IMG/VR virus record: IMGVR_UViG_3300028416_000015
Strand: one strand, 5' to 3'
Origin: an uncultured virus (IMG/VR IMGVR_UViG_3300028416_000015)
Taxonomy: Duplodnaviria > Heunggongvirae > Uroviricota > Caudoviricetes > Crassvirales
Length of the DNA stretch: 64,000 nt
Part shown: in pieces, positions 21,152-31,259 of the stretch
Numbering within the stretch: position 1 is the stretch's first letter
Layout: each line of letters opens with the position of its first letter
Made by a program: the position numbers and the translations under genes
Notes under the pieces: generated by a model
The model's database searches: none
The model's input: the letters and a program-made list of their open reading frames with translations, nothing else
What the model was told of the DNA's origin: nothing

Positions 21152-22657
21152 ATGGAATACGCAGGATATAAAGGTCTATCGGAGGGGTTAGATATTGCAG
21201 GTCTTACTGGTGATATAGCTAGTAAGATAGACGAGATTGGTAAAGATAGAAAAAGAAGAAAAGAAGAACTAGACCAATTAGCTACGGATACGTCTAGGGA
21301 ATTTTCAGAAATGGAGATGACCAAGACCGAAAGTTTAAATGATAAATTACTAGACTTAGGTAACGAAGGTAGAGAGAAAATAAACTTATGGAATACCGAA
21401 CTAAAAGCAGGTAGACTTTCTCCTTCTGAATACAGAAAAAGAATGTCAAGTATCTCTGAATATACTTCTTTGGTTGGATCTACAGCTAAGAATTTTGATG
21501 CTATGATGCAAGAATATGTTAAGCGTCAAGCAGATGGCACAGGTAGTGCAGCTGAACTTGGTGTTATGGATAAGTTTGGTAAATTAGCAAATATTAAGGA
21601 TACTCAATACCAAGTGCTTGATGATGGTCGTATATCTATTGGTTTATTAGACCCAGAAACAGGTGAGGTTATAAGTCAAGAAGACTTAAGAGTAATCAAT
21701 AAGGCTGAGAATTTAATGATACCAAGAATGGAACTCGGTAAAGAAGTAAACGGTATTGTTAAAAACTGGGGTAAAGATGGTATTATCAACTACCTAGGTA
21801 ATGGTGGATATAAATCTAGTGCATCCGCAGCTAACGATCCAAAGTACGGATTAGCTAAAGGAAGAGTAGTAGATGCTCTTGTTAATCAGAATGCGATAAG
21901 TTTACTTGTTGACAATGGAGGTATTTCTTCTATTGATTATGCGTTTAGTGAGAGTGATAAAGAAAAGAAGATAGCTCAAGCTATAGCTAAAGATGAAAAG
22001 ATAAAAGGCTCTAAACTTACTAAAGAAGAGCGAGAAGATATTGAAATAGGATTAATATTAATGGGAGCTGATGGTAAGCCATTACTTACTGATAGACAGA
22101 TAGAGAAAGCGAAAGAAATTGCTGAAGCAGAGATTGATTTACAAGTAGATAATGAGTTAAAAACAGTAGCTCCTCAGAACTGGAATAGGCAGACTTATTC
22201 AGATGGAGAAAAAGAAAGAAAGCAAAATGACACTTCTACTTACGAGAGATTAAAAGATCTTTGGGAGTTATCAGAAGACGATGCAATGAGAAGTGCTGAA
22301 GGGCTAAGTGCTTTATCGGGTACTCATAGATTTGAGTGGGTAGGTGCTACAAAAGCAAGTGGGATACCAGGTATTACTAAAGGTGCTGACGCTTACAAAC
22401 CAGCAGCCCCAGCAGGTTTGAAGATATACAAATTGGAGACAGCTACAAAAGATGGTAAGGTTATTACAAACATGACGCCTATAGCTGTTGTTGACAAATT
22501 AGAAGATATAGCTCCGTATATGTATGGAGGGTCTGACATAAAGGGGAAAGATGACGCAATCAATAGATTCAATTTTGAGAGAAATCTATTCAGCAAGAAG
22601 AATAAGGGGAGTGAGTCTGATGACGATCCTTTAAAATTAGAATTAGATAATAATTAA
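21152..22657 (+). CDS. putative ejection/internal virion protein
   Basis: 501 aa, helical; position. Confidence 0.55.
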   Translation: MEYAGYKGLSEGLDIAGLTGDIASKIDEIGKDRKRRKEELDQLATDTSREFSEMEMTKTESLNDKLLDLGNEGREKINLWNTELKAGRLSPSEYRKRMSSISEYTSLVGSTAKNFDAMMQEYVKRQADGTGSAAELGVMDKFGKLANIKDTQYQVLDDGRISIGLLDPETGEVISQEDLRVINKAENLMIPRMELGKEVNGIVKNWGKDGIINYLGNGGYKSSASAANDPKYGLAKGRVVDALVNQNAISLLVDNGGISSIDYAFSESDKEKKIAQAIAKDEKIKGSKLTKEEREDIEIGLILMGADGKPLLTDRQIEKAKEIAEAEIDLQVDNELKTVAPQNWNRQTYSDGEKERKQNDTSTYERLKDLWELSEDDAMRSAEGLSALSGTHRFEWVGATKASGIPGITKGADAYKPAAPAGLKIYKLETATKDGKVITNMTPIAVVDKLEDIAPYMYGGSDIKGKDDAINRFNFERNLFSKKNKGSESDDDPLKLELDNN

Positions 22658-22669
22658 TAAGAATAATAT

Positions 22670-25600
22670 ATGCCGTTAGACGTAAATACATTTGCTGAAA
22701 AAATCAAAGCTAAATATCCAGCATACAAAGATGTTGATAACCAAACATTAGCTGAGAAAATTGTAGAAAAATATCCAACATATAAGTCACAAGTAGATTT
22801 AACTCCTGTAAAAAAAAAAGAAGTTACGGAATCAGCTACAGAGGATGGTTCTTTGGATACACCACAAGTGGAAACGCAAAAGCCTTCGGAATCTTTAGAT
22901 TTAGATAATGGGGAATTTACAGGTTATCCTGGTAAAGAAAAGAATAAGTACAAGTTAGTAGATAATGAGTGGCATGACTTTGATCCTGAAGCTAATGAGC
23001 CTAGAAAAATAAAAAGTGAAGGGCGTATAAACGCACTTAATAAGTATTTCAAACAAGATGCTTACTTAAGCCAGTCTGACAAAATGGTCAAAGAGGCTGA
23101 GGCTAGATTATCTAAAATATTAGGTGATGATAAAACTGATGTAGATGTATCTAAATCTGCAACATCTAAGCCTGAATATCTACAAATAGCTGAAGCCGCA
23201 CAAGAAGGAAACAAAGAAGCGTTAGCTAAGGCATTAGAGAATAAAAAAACTAATGATATAATTAGAAAGAAAAAGGAATTAGAATCTATAGAGAAGAAGA
23301 AATTTGAAGATGAAGCCTGGAGTGCAGTTGATGTGCCTTTTGAAAATGAGGAAGACTTTGCTGAAGAGATGAATAAAAGATTTAATAAACATGGCTTTTA
23401 TTTTGAAGAGACAGGATTTGGAGACAGAGTTGTAGGCAAATATTCTCCTGATGGGGGCTTTACTATTACGAATGAAGTTGAGTTTACACCTGATAATATT
23501 GGTCAAGATAAGTTCTTGTTTTTTATGGACTCAAAGCTATCTAAGTCAGAAGCAGAAGCTTTAACAGTGTCAGGAGGTAAGACTGACGAAGAAAGAAAGA
23601 GAAACTACTACGAGACCATAAAAGTGCGTATGGAGTTGATGTCTGAAAACCCAGATAGATATGGTAAAGATTTAATATCTGAAGGTGATGCTGCTAAAGT
23701 CATTAATAGAGAAGCTAAAATACTTACAAATAAAAGTAATCAACTTTCAAAAGAGTATGAAGAATTATCTAAGTATATAGATGAATATGAAAAATCACCA
23801 ACACCAGAGGGTAGGCTATTCATAAAAAATAAATCAGCTGAATTAGGTCTAAAAGAAATATCTATAGCTAAAGGGTATGATGACCTTAATAAACTAGAGA
23901 GTAATTTCAACAAAGCTTTAAGTGTTTACAAACAAACAGATGAAGAAAAAGGTACGTTTTTAGGTAATTTAGGTGCTAATTTTGTTTCAGGTGCGACAAA
24001 TCTTGAAAGAATGATTACTGAGAAATCTATTGATTTACTTCCATACGTAGAAGATTTAATTTCTGGCGATATGGACTTTTCAGATAATGACAAAAAATCT
24101 AAACAATTAAAAAGAGATATACTTCCAAATTTAGAAGAAGGATTACTTAAAATAGGGTCATTAGGTACTACGACTAAAGAATACCAACAATCAGATGAAA
24201 GAGGTGTTATTGAAACCACGCTAGGATTTCTTTCTGAATCTATAGGTACAGCTATTTCAGCTGGAGGCAATCCTTTATTATTAAAGGCAGGTTTTTTTGC
24301 TCAATCTTACAACTCTATCAAAAAAGAAATGAGAGGAGAGGAGTTCGATGGATTAACTGAAGCTCAAAAAGAATTAGTAGCTGTGCCTTACGCTATGACA
24401 ATAGGTGCTTTAGAGAAACTAGGTTTCAAGATGTCTACATCATTAGCTAAAAAAGGAGTTAGTAACGCTGTAATTAATGGTGTAATAAGAAAAACATTTA
24501 CGTCTCTTCCAAAGGGGACAAGTAGAGAGATTATTGAGGCAACTATACAAAAAAACATACTAGCTGCTGTTACAGATAAAGCCTTGAAAATTACAAGTGG
24601 TGGTGTAATAGAAGGTGTTACGGAAGGATTACAAGAATACGCTGACGTAGGAACTAAAAATCTAGCTAACTATTTATCTGGACATGAATATTTTAAAGAT
24701 GTACCATTATTAAATACACCTGAAGGATTTATGAAAGCTTCAGAAATGGCTCTTGAAAGTTTTGGATATGGTATGTTAGGAGGTAACTTTATGACTGCTG
24801 GTTCAATGGCAAAAGAAGGTATTAAGAGTAGTATTTTAGAAACTGGTTTAAATAGAAGTTTCAAAAAAGACTATGAAAATATAATGGATGAAGGGTATAG
24901 AGCTTCAGAAAAAGAAGCTATAAATATATCATTAAGAAATGGAGAAATATCTGAAAAAGAAGCTGAAGAACAGAAGAAAGAAATTGATGAGAAGTACGTT
25001 GTTTATTCTCAATTAAGTGACGATTTATTTAAGAAAAATGTAAATAAAGCACGAAAAGCTGCAGAACTAATAAAAGAGAAGAATGACATAACTTCAGCTA
25101 TAGAAGGAAAGGATAAAGCTTTGGTCTCTTCACAGACTGAAAGAATTAACGCTATAAATGAAGAACTAGCTATATTAGGACAAACTGAAGAGACTGTAGA
25201 TATTACTGAGGAACAAATAGATGCTCTGAATGATAGCGAGGAGATAGCACTTTCGTACACATCTGAGGAGTCTATTCCTGAGTTTTTAAAACCTTTTGCA
25301 GAAAAAGGATTGTCAGGTACAGCGAAGAAAGGTTTATTCGGTAAGACGAAAGAAATCCAAACTTACAAAGTAAATGCAACTGGTAAGCAGATTAAAGATG
25401 CTTACTATGCTTATAATAAATCTATAGGACAATATGAGAAAACAGATACTACTACTGATGGAGACGTTCAACCTGGAGTTGAGCCAAGTGAAGCACAAGG
25501 GGAAGGTACAGACGTTCAAGAGACCGTTGAGCCTACAGGAAGTGAAGAGCAAGTTGAGGAAGTAGCTGTAGACGTTAACAGAAATACAAATTTATTCCCC

Positions 25601-28600
25601 GAAACATCTGAATTTGCAGACGTTGTAGGTGGTAGCGGTAGAGTTTCTAATATATCTAACTATAGAGAGGTAAATGGAATAGGTATATCTGAATATACTA
25701 ACCCAGAAAACGGACTTGTAGATGTAATAACGTCAGGAACATCTGACTCTGATTACGTAGGCTACGTTAGGATATATAAAAACGGCAAACCTACAAATAG
25801 ATGGACTTCTAAAATGGAGAACGCATCTAATAATAAAACAAACTTCAAAACAATGCTATCTGAAGTTCAAAAATTACTACCTGAAAACCATGAATATACA
25901 GAGAAAACAAGTATATCTACAGATGGTTTAAGGATTTACGGTCAACAATTAAACAGAGGATATGAGTATGCTTTAGATGAGAACGGTAATAGGCTTACTA
26001 ATAGAGTGGCTATAAATGGGGATTCTAGACAGAATATATTAGGTATTAATGTAAATATTGGTAGATTCTATAATATATCTGTAACTAATAATAATGATTT
26101 TGATAAGGTTAAAAAAGCATTAATTCCTTTAATATCATCACTAGGATTGAACGAGTCTAATATACATTGGGAGAATGGTACTGTAAAGATTGATTTGCCA
26201 GTGTTAAGAAATACATCAAAACAAAAAGAAAGCACAGAGCAACAGCAAGAAATAGCCGAGGTTAAAGAAGTTAAACAATACAAAGGTCAGAAGGCACTTG
26301 ATTGGTTAGATAATTTTGAGAGTAAGCTAGATGACATTACAGACCCTAAGAACTTCAATGATGCCACAAGGGTAATACCTGCTATGGCATTAAAAGGTAT
26401 TGTAAAAGCTCTCAAAGCATCCATTAAAGCTGGTATGACTATCAATAAAGCGATAGATAAGTACTTCAACGAAAATACCGAATATACTAAGGAACAGTTT
26501 GAGGAAGCAATGAGTATTCCTTCTAAGGTTAAGTCGGTTATTACTCAGTCTGCTAAAGATGAAAAGAAAGCATTTAAGGAAGGTAAAAAAGAAGGTAAGG
26601 TTGCAGCTGAAGAAAAATTAAAGCCAGTTATAGCCAAGCTAAAAGAACTAAAGAAAGACCAGGTTGCAGCTAAGAAATATATCTTAGAGCAAATTAAAGA
26701 GTTTGAAGGTAAGAAAGTTTTGAATGCTAAAGCTGTACTTAACAGACTTATGAGAGTGAACCTTAATAATCCAGTTGCTGTAGATAACTTTATCGAGTAT
26801 GCAGAGAAAGCTTTCAAGAATGCAGCGTATGTAGATAGGGTCAACGCTATTATTAAAATGAACAAATCTAGTAAGAAGAACTCTAAGAATCAACAGAATG
26901 CTGTAAAAGAGATGGCTAAAAGATTAGCTAGTATTGATCCTGTAATGGTTGAAGATTTAGATAAACTAGAAGTAATATCTTTGGAGGTTAAAGGTGCTAC
27001 TAAGAATGGATTTAAAGAACCTGCAGATATATCTAAAGTAAACGAGTACATAGATAAAGTTGAGGCTGAGATTAAAGAAAAGAAACGTCTTAATCTACTA
27101 GGAGAATTTTCTGAGTTAGTGAATGATGGTATCATCAACAAGAACTCTACATTAGAAGAGATAATGGAGGTGGTAGATAACTTAGAATCAAATGAAAATG
27201 TAGATGGTAAATCTATAGAAGAAAAGAAAGCTGAATTAAAACAAAAGTTTGAAAGTCAAAAGATAGAAGTACAGATGGCTATAAGAGAAAGTAAAACTGA
27301 TTTAGCGAAAAGTAAAGTCAAAGAAGCTTTAGATATAGACATAGATAAACTATCAATTTCCGATGCTTATAAATTAGTCACAGCTTTGGATAACTTTATA
27401 GTTAACGACATTGCTGATGGTTTAGGTCCTATTGTTAATAAAAGCATTGGTATTAAGAATGCAGAGAAATTTGCAAGACTAAAATATATAGCTCCTAGCT
27501 TTAACGCTATAACAAGAACTTTTGCAGATGTCTACAGTTCTATACCATTACTTGCTGATACTATGTTTGGTAACGTTAAAAAGGGAACAGCTTTTTTAAG
27601 AACAGCTGGATTTAACGCAATGCAAAGAATGTCGGTTACAGCTAGAATGAACGCCAAGAGAATAAATGACAACTATGTAAGTAAGTTTTATAAAACAATG
27701 CCAAATGGTGAGAAGTTCTTCTCTGTGAATAATATCTTTGAAAGAGGAGTAATTGCAGATATGCTTAGAACTAATGGTGATCCAAGAGACTTCAAAAGAA
27801 AGAAAGATCTTTTGTTTCAATCTGCTGATGCTTTACTTAAAGGAAATAAAGAAGAGGTTAAAAAAGGAACAGCATACAAGGAGGTTTTTGAAAAGATAGG
27901 TTTAGAACAAGCAGAGAATATTGATGACCTTAAAGTAGACCCTATAAATACAAGTGCTGTAAAATTCTGGATAAAAGAATGGTCTAAAATATATAGTGAC
28001 TTAAAAGAATTAAATAGTGTCGTTTATAATACTAGCCTTGAAAACGACATAGATTATACAACTAAAAGAATGTCTACTTTAAGCTACAAAGACAAAAGAC
28101 TGACTGAGGCTGATATAAAAGAAGCTAGTTCACTTGCTTTAGATTTAGGGATTGTTTCTGCTCAAGCTGGAACATTAAAAGAAGTTACTAGACCAAGTGC
28201 TATAAAGGATAGATATGTAGACCTTGATTTTGATATGTCTCAATCTAAATCAATGTTGGCTTCTCAGTTAGATTTACACACAACAGATATATCCCAACAA
28301 ATAAAAGCCTTCCTTGATAGCGAAGACTTTAATAAATCATTTGAGAAACCTGCTGATGCTGCAATGGTTAGAAGCAGAATGTCAGATCATGTAAATATGA
28401 CTAGAATGAAGAAAGGATTCTCTAGTAAAAAAGAGAATAAGATGATAATGGATTCTTTAGGTACTTTATCAAAAATAGCTACTAGGTGGACTTTAGGTGG
28501 TATAGCAGCAATACCAAAACAAACTATACCTGTTTTTACAAATACATTTTTTAATACTATTGCTTCACCTGACTTATTCTTCAAAGGTTTTATTAATCCT

Positions 28601-30094
28601 TTAATGGGTAAATCATCTATGAATGAGTGGATAGAAAATAATGACTTACCTATAACTATAAGAGGGCTAGAATCAAGAACAGTTATAGAGAGATCTGACA
28701 ATCTGCTTAAAGATTCTAAAGCAAAAAGTAAATTCAAGAAAGCAGGGGAGAGTATTGATAAGATATGGCTAGAAAAGTTTTTAGGTAACTCAGATGTATA
28801 TGCTGCTCGTTCTTCATTTATGACTTACTATCTACAGAGTTTAAGAAATCAAGGGCTAACAACAAATGTAAATTGGGATAATCATACACCTAATGAGAAA
28901 GCTGTAGAATATGCTCAACACATGGTAGATAGACAGCAGAATATATCTGATATTGCTGCAGCTGGTAGGCTTTTTTCTAGTGATAATGGGGCTGTAAAAT
29001 TTATTAGACAAGCGTTCTTCCCTTTCTCTTCATTTTTAACGAACTCAAAAGCTAAACTATTTGCTGATGTTAGATCGTTATCTGTACAAGATAGAAAAGA
29101 GTTAGCTAAAATAATTAAATCTGGTAAAATACCACAAGAAATAGGTGCTCCTTTATTGTCAATAATAGCCACACTTGCTGAGATTTCAATGTTCCAAGTA
29201 ATAGGTGTATACTTAAGAGATCTATACAAAGAAACATATAACTCACTTACAGGTAATGAGGAAGAAGAAGAAGATAAAGAAAAAAGAGAAAAATGGAATA
29301 TAGAAAGATTTCTAAAGCAAACTTTTGCAGATGTGGTTTCACCAGCTCCAGCTGTTGACTTCCTTGTTCTAAATACAATAAACTCCTTATATGAAAGTGT
29401 GTCAAAATCTACTTTTAATGAAGATAATCCTGAATACAAGGAACTTCTGGAAGAGGAAATGAAAAAATACGAGTACGAAACAAAAGAAGTTAAAAAGTTT
29501 AGGGAAGAAGAGTTTAAGAAAAAGTATCAAGATGAAGAGATGTTTGACTTATCTAATACATGGGAGGCTAGTGATCTTGATAAATTCGGTACGTTTGCAA
29601 TACCAGCACAAGTAGGTTTAGATATTATTGAAGGTGTTAAAGAATTAATCAATGGATACTACGAGAAAGAGTTTATGGGTACAGCTTCTAAAAAGTATTT
29701 TACGGAAGAACAGAAGGATATGAATAAAGAGATATTCGCTGGGAAGCTAATCACTAGGTTTTTACTTCCAGATCAAAGTTTAAGGAATATAGTAAATATT
29801 TACGATAGAGAGAATAAAAAGAATGCTCTTAACTCTAACCAATACCAAGAGTACATCAATCTAGACAAGAAAGCTTCTGATGATGAGGTGGCATTGATTA
29901 AGAAGGGGTATGATGCTGTAGATATAAAGGACTACATTAGGGTAGATGTTAAAGGTCTGAACGATAAACAGAAAGATACATACTTTGAGGTTATGCGTAA
30001 GGGTAAAAAGAGTGATGTATATACAGATGACTTAAAGTTATATGTAAAGAAAGGGTATTCGGCTAAGAAGATACTTGAGAAGCTTGAGGAGTAA
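22670..30094 (+). CDS. very large internal virion/ejection (polyvalent-type) protein
   Basis: 2474 aa; last gene of the structural arm; hydrophobic Gly/Ala segments plus long helical regions. Confidence 0.65.
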   Translation: MPLDVNTFAEKIKAKYPAYKDVDNQTLAEKIVEKYPTYKSQVDLTPVKKKEVTESATEDGSLDTPQVETQKPSESLDLDNGEFTGYPGKEKNKYKLVDNEWHDFDPEANEPRKIKSEGRINALNKYFKQDAYLSQSDKMVKEAEARLSKILGDDKTDVDVSKSATSKPEYLQIAEAAQEGNKEALAKALENKKTNDIIRKKKELESIEKKKFEDEAWSAVDVPFENEEDFAEEMNKRFNKHGFYFEETGFGDRVVGKYSPDGGFTITNEVEFTPDNIGQDKFLFFMDSKLSKSEAEALTVSGGKTDEERKRNYYETIKVRMELMSENPDRYGKDLISEGDAAKVINREAKILTNKSNQLSKEYEELSKYIDEYEKSPTPEGRLFIKNKSAELGLKEISIAKGYDDLNKLESNFNKALSVYKQTDEEKGTFLGNLGANFVSGATNLERMITEKSIDLLPYVEDLISGDMDFSDNDKKSKQLKRDILPNLEEGLLKIGSLGTTTKEYQQSDERGVIETTLGFLSESIGTAISAGGNPLLLKAGFFAQSYNSIKKEMRGEEFDGLTEAQKELVAVPYAMTIGALEKLGFKMSTSLAKKGVSNAVINGVIRKTFTSLPKGTSREIIEATIQKNILAAVTDKALKITSGGVIEGVTEGLQEYADVGTKNLANYLSGHEYFKDVPLLNTPEGFMKASEMALESFGYGMLGGNFMTAGSMAKEGIKSSILETGLNRSFKKDYENIMDEGYRASEKEAINISLRNGEISEKEAEEQKKEIDEKYVVYSQLSDDLFKKNVNKARKAAELIKEKNDITSAIEGKDKALVSSQTERINAINEELAILGQTEETVDITEEQIDALNDSEEIALSYTSEESIPEFLKPFAEKGLSGTAKKGLFGKTKEIQTYKVNATGKQIKDAYYAYNKSIGQYEKTDTTTDGDVQPGVEPSEAQGEGTDVQETVEPTGSEEQVEEVAVDVNRNTNLFPETSEFADVVGGSGRVSNISNYREVNGIGISEYTNPENGLVDVITSGTSDSDYVGYVRIYKNGKPTNRWTSKMENASNNKTNFKTMLSEVQKLLPENHEYTEKTSISTDGLRIYGQQLNRGYEYALDENGNRLTNRVAINGDSRQNILGINVNIGRFYNISVTNNNDFDKVKKALIPLISSLGLNESNIHWENGTVKIDLPVLRNTSKQKESTEQQQEIAEVKEVKQYKGQKALDWLDNFESKLDDITDPKNFNDATRVIPAMALKGIVKALKASIKAGMTINKAIDKYFNENTEYTKEQFEEAMSIPSKVKSVITQSAKDEKKAFKEGKKEGKVAAEEKLKPVIAKLKELKKDQVAAKKYILEQIKEFEGKKVLNAKAVLNRLMRVNLNNPVAVDNFIEYAEKAFKNAAYVDRVNAIIKMNKSSKKNSKNQQNAVKEMAKRLASIDPVMVEDLDKLEVISLEVKGATKNGFKEPADISKVNEYIDKVEAEIKEKKRLNLLGEFSELVNDGIINKNSTLEEIMEVVDNLESNENVDGKSIEEKKAELKQKFESQKIEVQMAIRESKTDLAKSKVKEALDIDIDKLSISDAYKLVTALDNFIVNDIADGLGPIVNKSIGIKNAEKFARLKYIAPSFNAITRTFADVYSSIPLLADTMFGNVKKGTAFLRTAGFNAMQRMSVTARMNAKRINDNYVSKFYKTMPNGEKFFSVNNIFERGVIADMLRTNGDPRDFKRKKDLLFQSADALLKGNKEEVKKGTAYKEVFEKIGLEQAENIDDLKVDPINTSAVKFWIKEWSKIYSDLKELNSVVYNTSLENDIDYTTKRMSTLSYKDKRLTEADIKEASSLALDLGIVSAQAGTLKEVTRPSAIKDRYVDLDFDMSQSKSMLASQLDLHTTDISQQIKAFLDSEDFNKSFEKPADAAMVRSRMSDHVNMTRMKKGFSSKKENKMIMDSLGTLSKIATRWTLGGIAAIPKQTIPVFTNTFFNTIASPDLFFKGFINPLMGKSSMNEWIENNDLPITIRGLESRTVIERSDNLLKDSKAKSKFKKAGESIDKIWLEKFLGNSDVYAARSSFMTYYLQSLRNQGLTTNVNWDNHTPNEKAVEYAQHMVDRQQNISDIAAAGRLFSSDNGAVKFIRQAFFPFSSFLTNSKAKLFADVRSLSVQDRKELAKIIKSGKIPQEIGAPLLSIIATLAEISMFQVIGVYLRDLYKETYNSLTGNEEEEEDKEKREKWNIERFLKQTFADVVSPAPAVDFLVLNTINSLYESVSKSTFNEDNPEYKELLEEEMKKYEYETKEVKKFREEEFKKKYQDEEMFDLSNTWEASDLDKFGTFAIPAQVGLDIIEGVKELINGYYEKEFMGTASKKYFTEEQKDMNKEIFAGKLITRFLLPDQSLRNIVNIYDRENKKNALNSNQYQEYINLDKKASDDEVALIKKGYDAVDIKDYIRVDVKGLNDKQKDTYFEVMRKGKKSDVYTDDLKLYVKKGYSAKKILEKLEE

Positions 30095-30100
30095 ATAATG

Positions 30101-30129
30101 AAGGGTAGCTAATAACTACCCTTTTTTTT
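30101..30129. terminator. terminator between the convergent arms
   Basis: AAGGGTAG-CTAATAA-CTACCCTT followed by a T tract. Confidence 0.75.
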
Positions 30130-30424
30130 ATTCCTTAATGAAACTACCATCCACTAACTTACCTTTCCTATCTTTAATCTCATTGTAGGCACTATTAAGG
30201 CAATCAGACATGTTTAGACCTAATTGCTCACAAAGTATTATTAACACTATATTAATATCTCCTATCGCATCAATAGTTTCATAAGGGTCTTTTTTAAGTA
30301 AAGCACTTGCTAGTTCTCCAACCTCTTCAGTTAGCTTAATAAACTGCTTAGGTGCGTTTTCTTCTTTGATTAAACCTCTTTCGGTTGCCCACTCAATTAC
30401 TTTTCTTTCTGTTAAACTTTTCAT
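30128..30424 (-). CDS. MazG-like NTP pyrophosphohydrolase
   Basis: KL.EEVGELA...DAIGD...AYNEIKDRKG motif; likely start 30424. Confidence 0.85.
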   Translation of the reverse strand: MKSLTERKVIEWATERGLIKEENAPKQFIKLTEEVGELASALLKKDPYETIDAIGDINIVLIILCEQLGLNMSDCLNSAYNEIKDRKGKLVDGSFIKE

Positions 30425-30627
30425 AATTTCTCTATTTCTTTTTTTACTTCTTCCCAATATTCTACAAATGACATTTCATCATTTTTAGATGGATAACAAT
30501 AACAAATTGTTTTAATTATTTCATTAACTGCAATTAATGCACATTGTTTTGAATCTTCCCACCCATCACTATACAATGATGATTGCATATCATTTACTAA
30601 CTGTTCTGCTTTTTCTTTTGGCGTCAT
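30421..30627 (-). CDS. hypothetical protein
   Basis: MTPKEKA..L...KQCALIAV.EI...YW.EVK.EIEKL. Confidence 0.75.
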   Translation of the reverse strand: MTPKEKAEQLVNDMQSSLYSDGWEDSKQCALIAVNEIIKTICYCYPSKNDEMSFVEYWEEVKKEIEKL

Positions 30628-30630
30628 AAT

Positions 30631-30786
30631 CTATCCATCTAAAGCTACATGATAAGCGTAGCATAATTTATTTAATTGTTCTTGTAATGTAAATGGGTGA
30701 TAATTTATCTGTATTCTTACAGATACACCTTTCTTTTTATAGATGAACTGCTCTACAACATGGCACATCTCTTCAACTGTTAACAT
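30631..30786 (-). CDS. 51-aa hypothetical protein (not in ORF track)
   Basis: MLTVEEMCHVVEQFIY...ALDG* fills the gap, closely abutting both neighbours. Confidence 0.55.
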   Translation of the reverse strand: MLTVEEMCHVVEQFIYKKKGVSVRIQINYHPFTLQEQLNKLCYAYHVALDG

Positions 30787-31055
30787 TCTTTCTTAAATTT
30801 TGGTGAACATCCTAAAGCAACTGTCGTTCTAAATAGCTTTCTTCTACCTACTGGAATCCTGTGAGCTTTTAAGATATTTGTTACTATCTCTTCATAAACA
30901 TTCCCCTCAATCTCGTGATCCATATATGGTATAACTTTCTGTCCCCACTCATTAGTCTCTGCCTCTTCCATTAGCTTATCAAAATCAGCCGATGGTTTAG
31001 ACGCTTTATACAGCTGCCTATATATCTCGAGTAATACTTTATCGTCTTTTTTCAT
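30780..31055 (-). CDS. hypothetical protein
   Basis: Likely start MKKDDKVLL after an A-rich leader. Confidence 0.65.
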   Translation of the reverse strand: MKKDDKVLLEIYRQLYKASKPSADFDKLMEEAETNEWGQKVIPYMDHEIEGNVYEEIVTNILKAHRIPVGRRKLFRTTVALGCSPKFKKEC

Positions 31056-31259
31056 TTCATTTTTTTTTAAAAATAATAACACCTCCCACCTACCAATGTT
31101 ATTTATGTTACAAGTCTATATGGTAACACCCGATGCCACGACAATTAGGCTGTCTGCATTCCCTCAAATGAAATTCCTAATTCATTTTTGAGCCAGTTGT
31201 TTTGGCTAATATATTAGTCAAATATAGTGTTTTTAACCCTAAATGAATAATATATTAGT

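Noticed and set aside
23279..29439. Many minus-strand ORFs inside the 2474-aa gene
   Set aside because: Ser/Phe/Leu-rich shadow frames of Lys/Glu-rich coding sequence with no initiation context
980..30094. Stop-codon reassignment as in some crAss-like phages
   Set aside because: Long genes are intact under the standard code, and TAG/TGA end real genes (portal, MCP, terminase)
22670..30094. Virion RNA polymerase
   Set aside because: No DxDxD catalytic motif in a credible context was recognised; DLDFD and DIDID occur without flanking RNAP motifs
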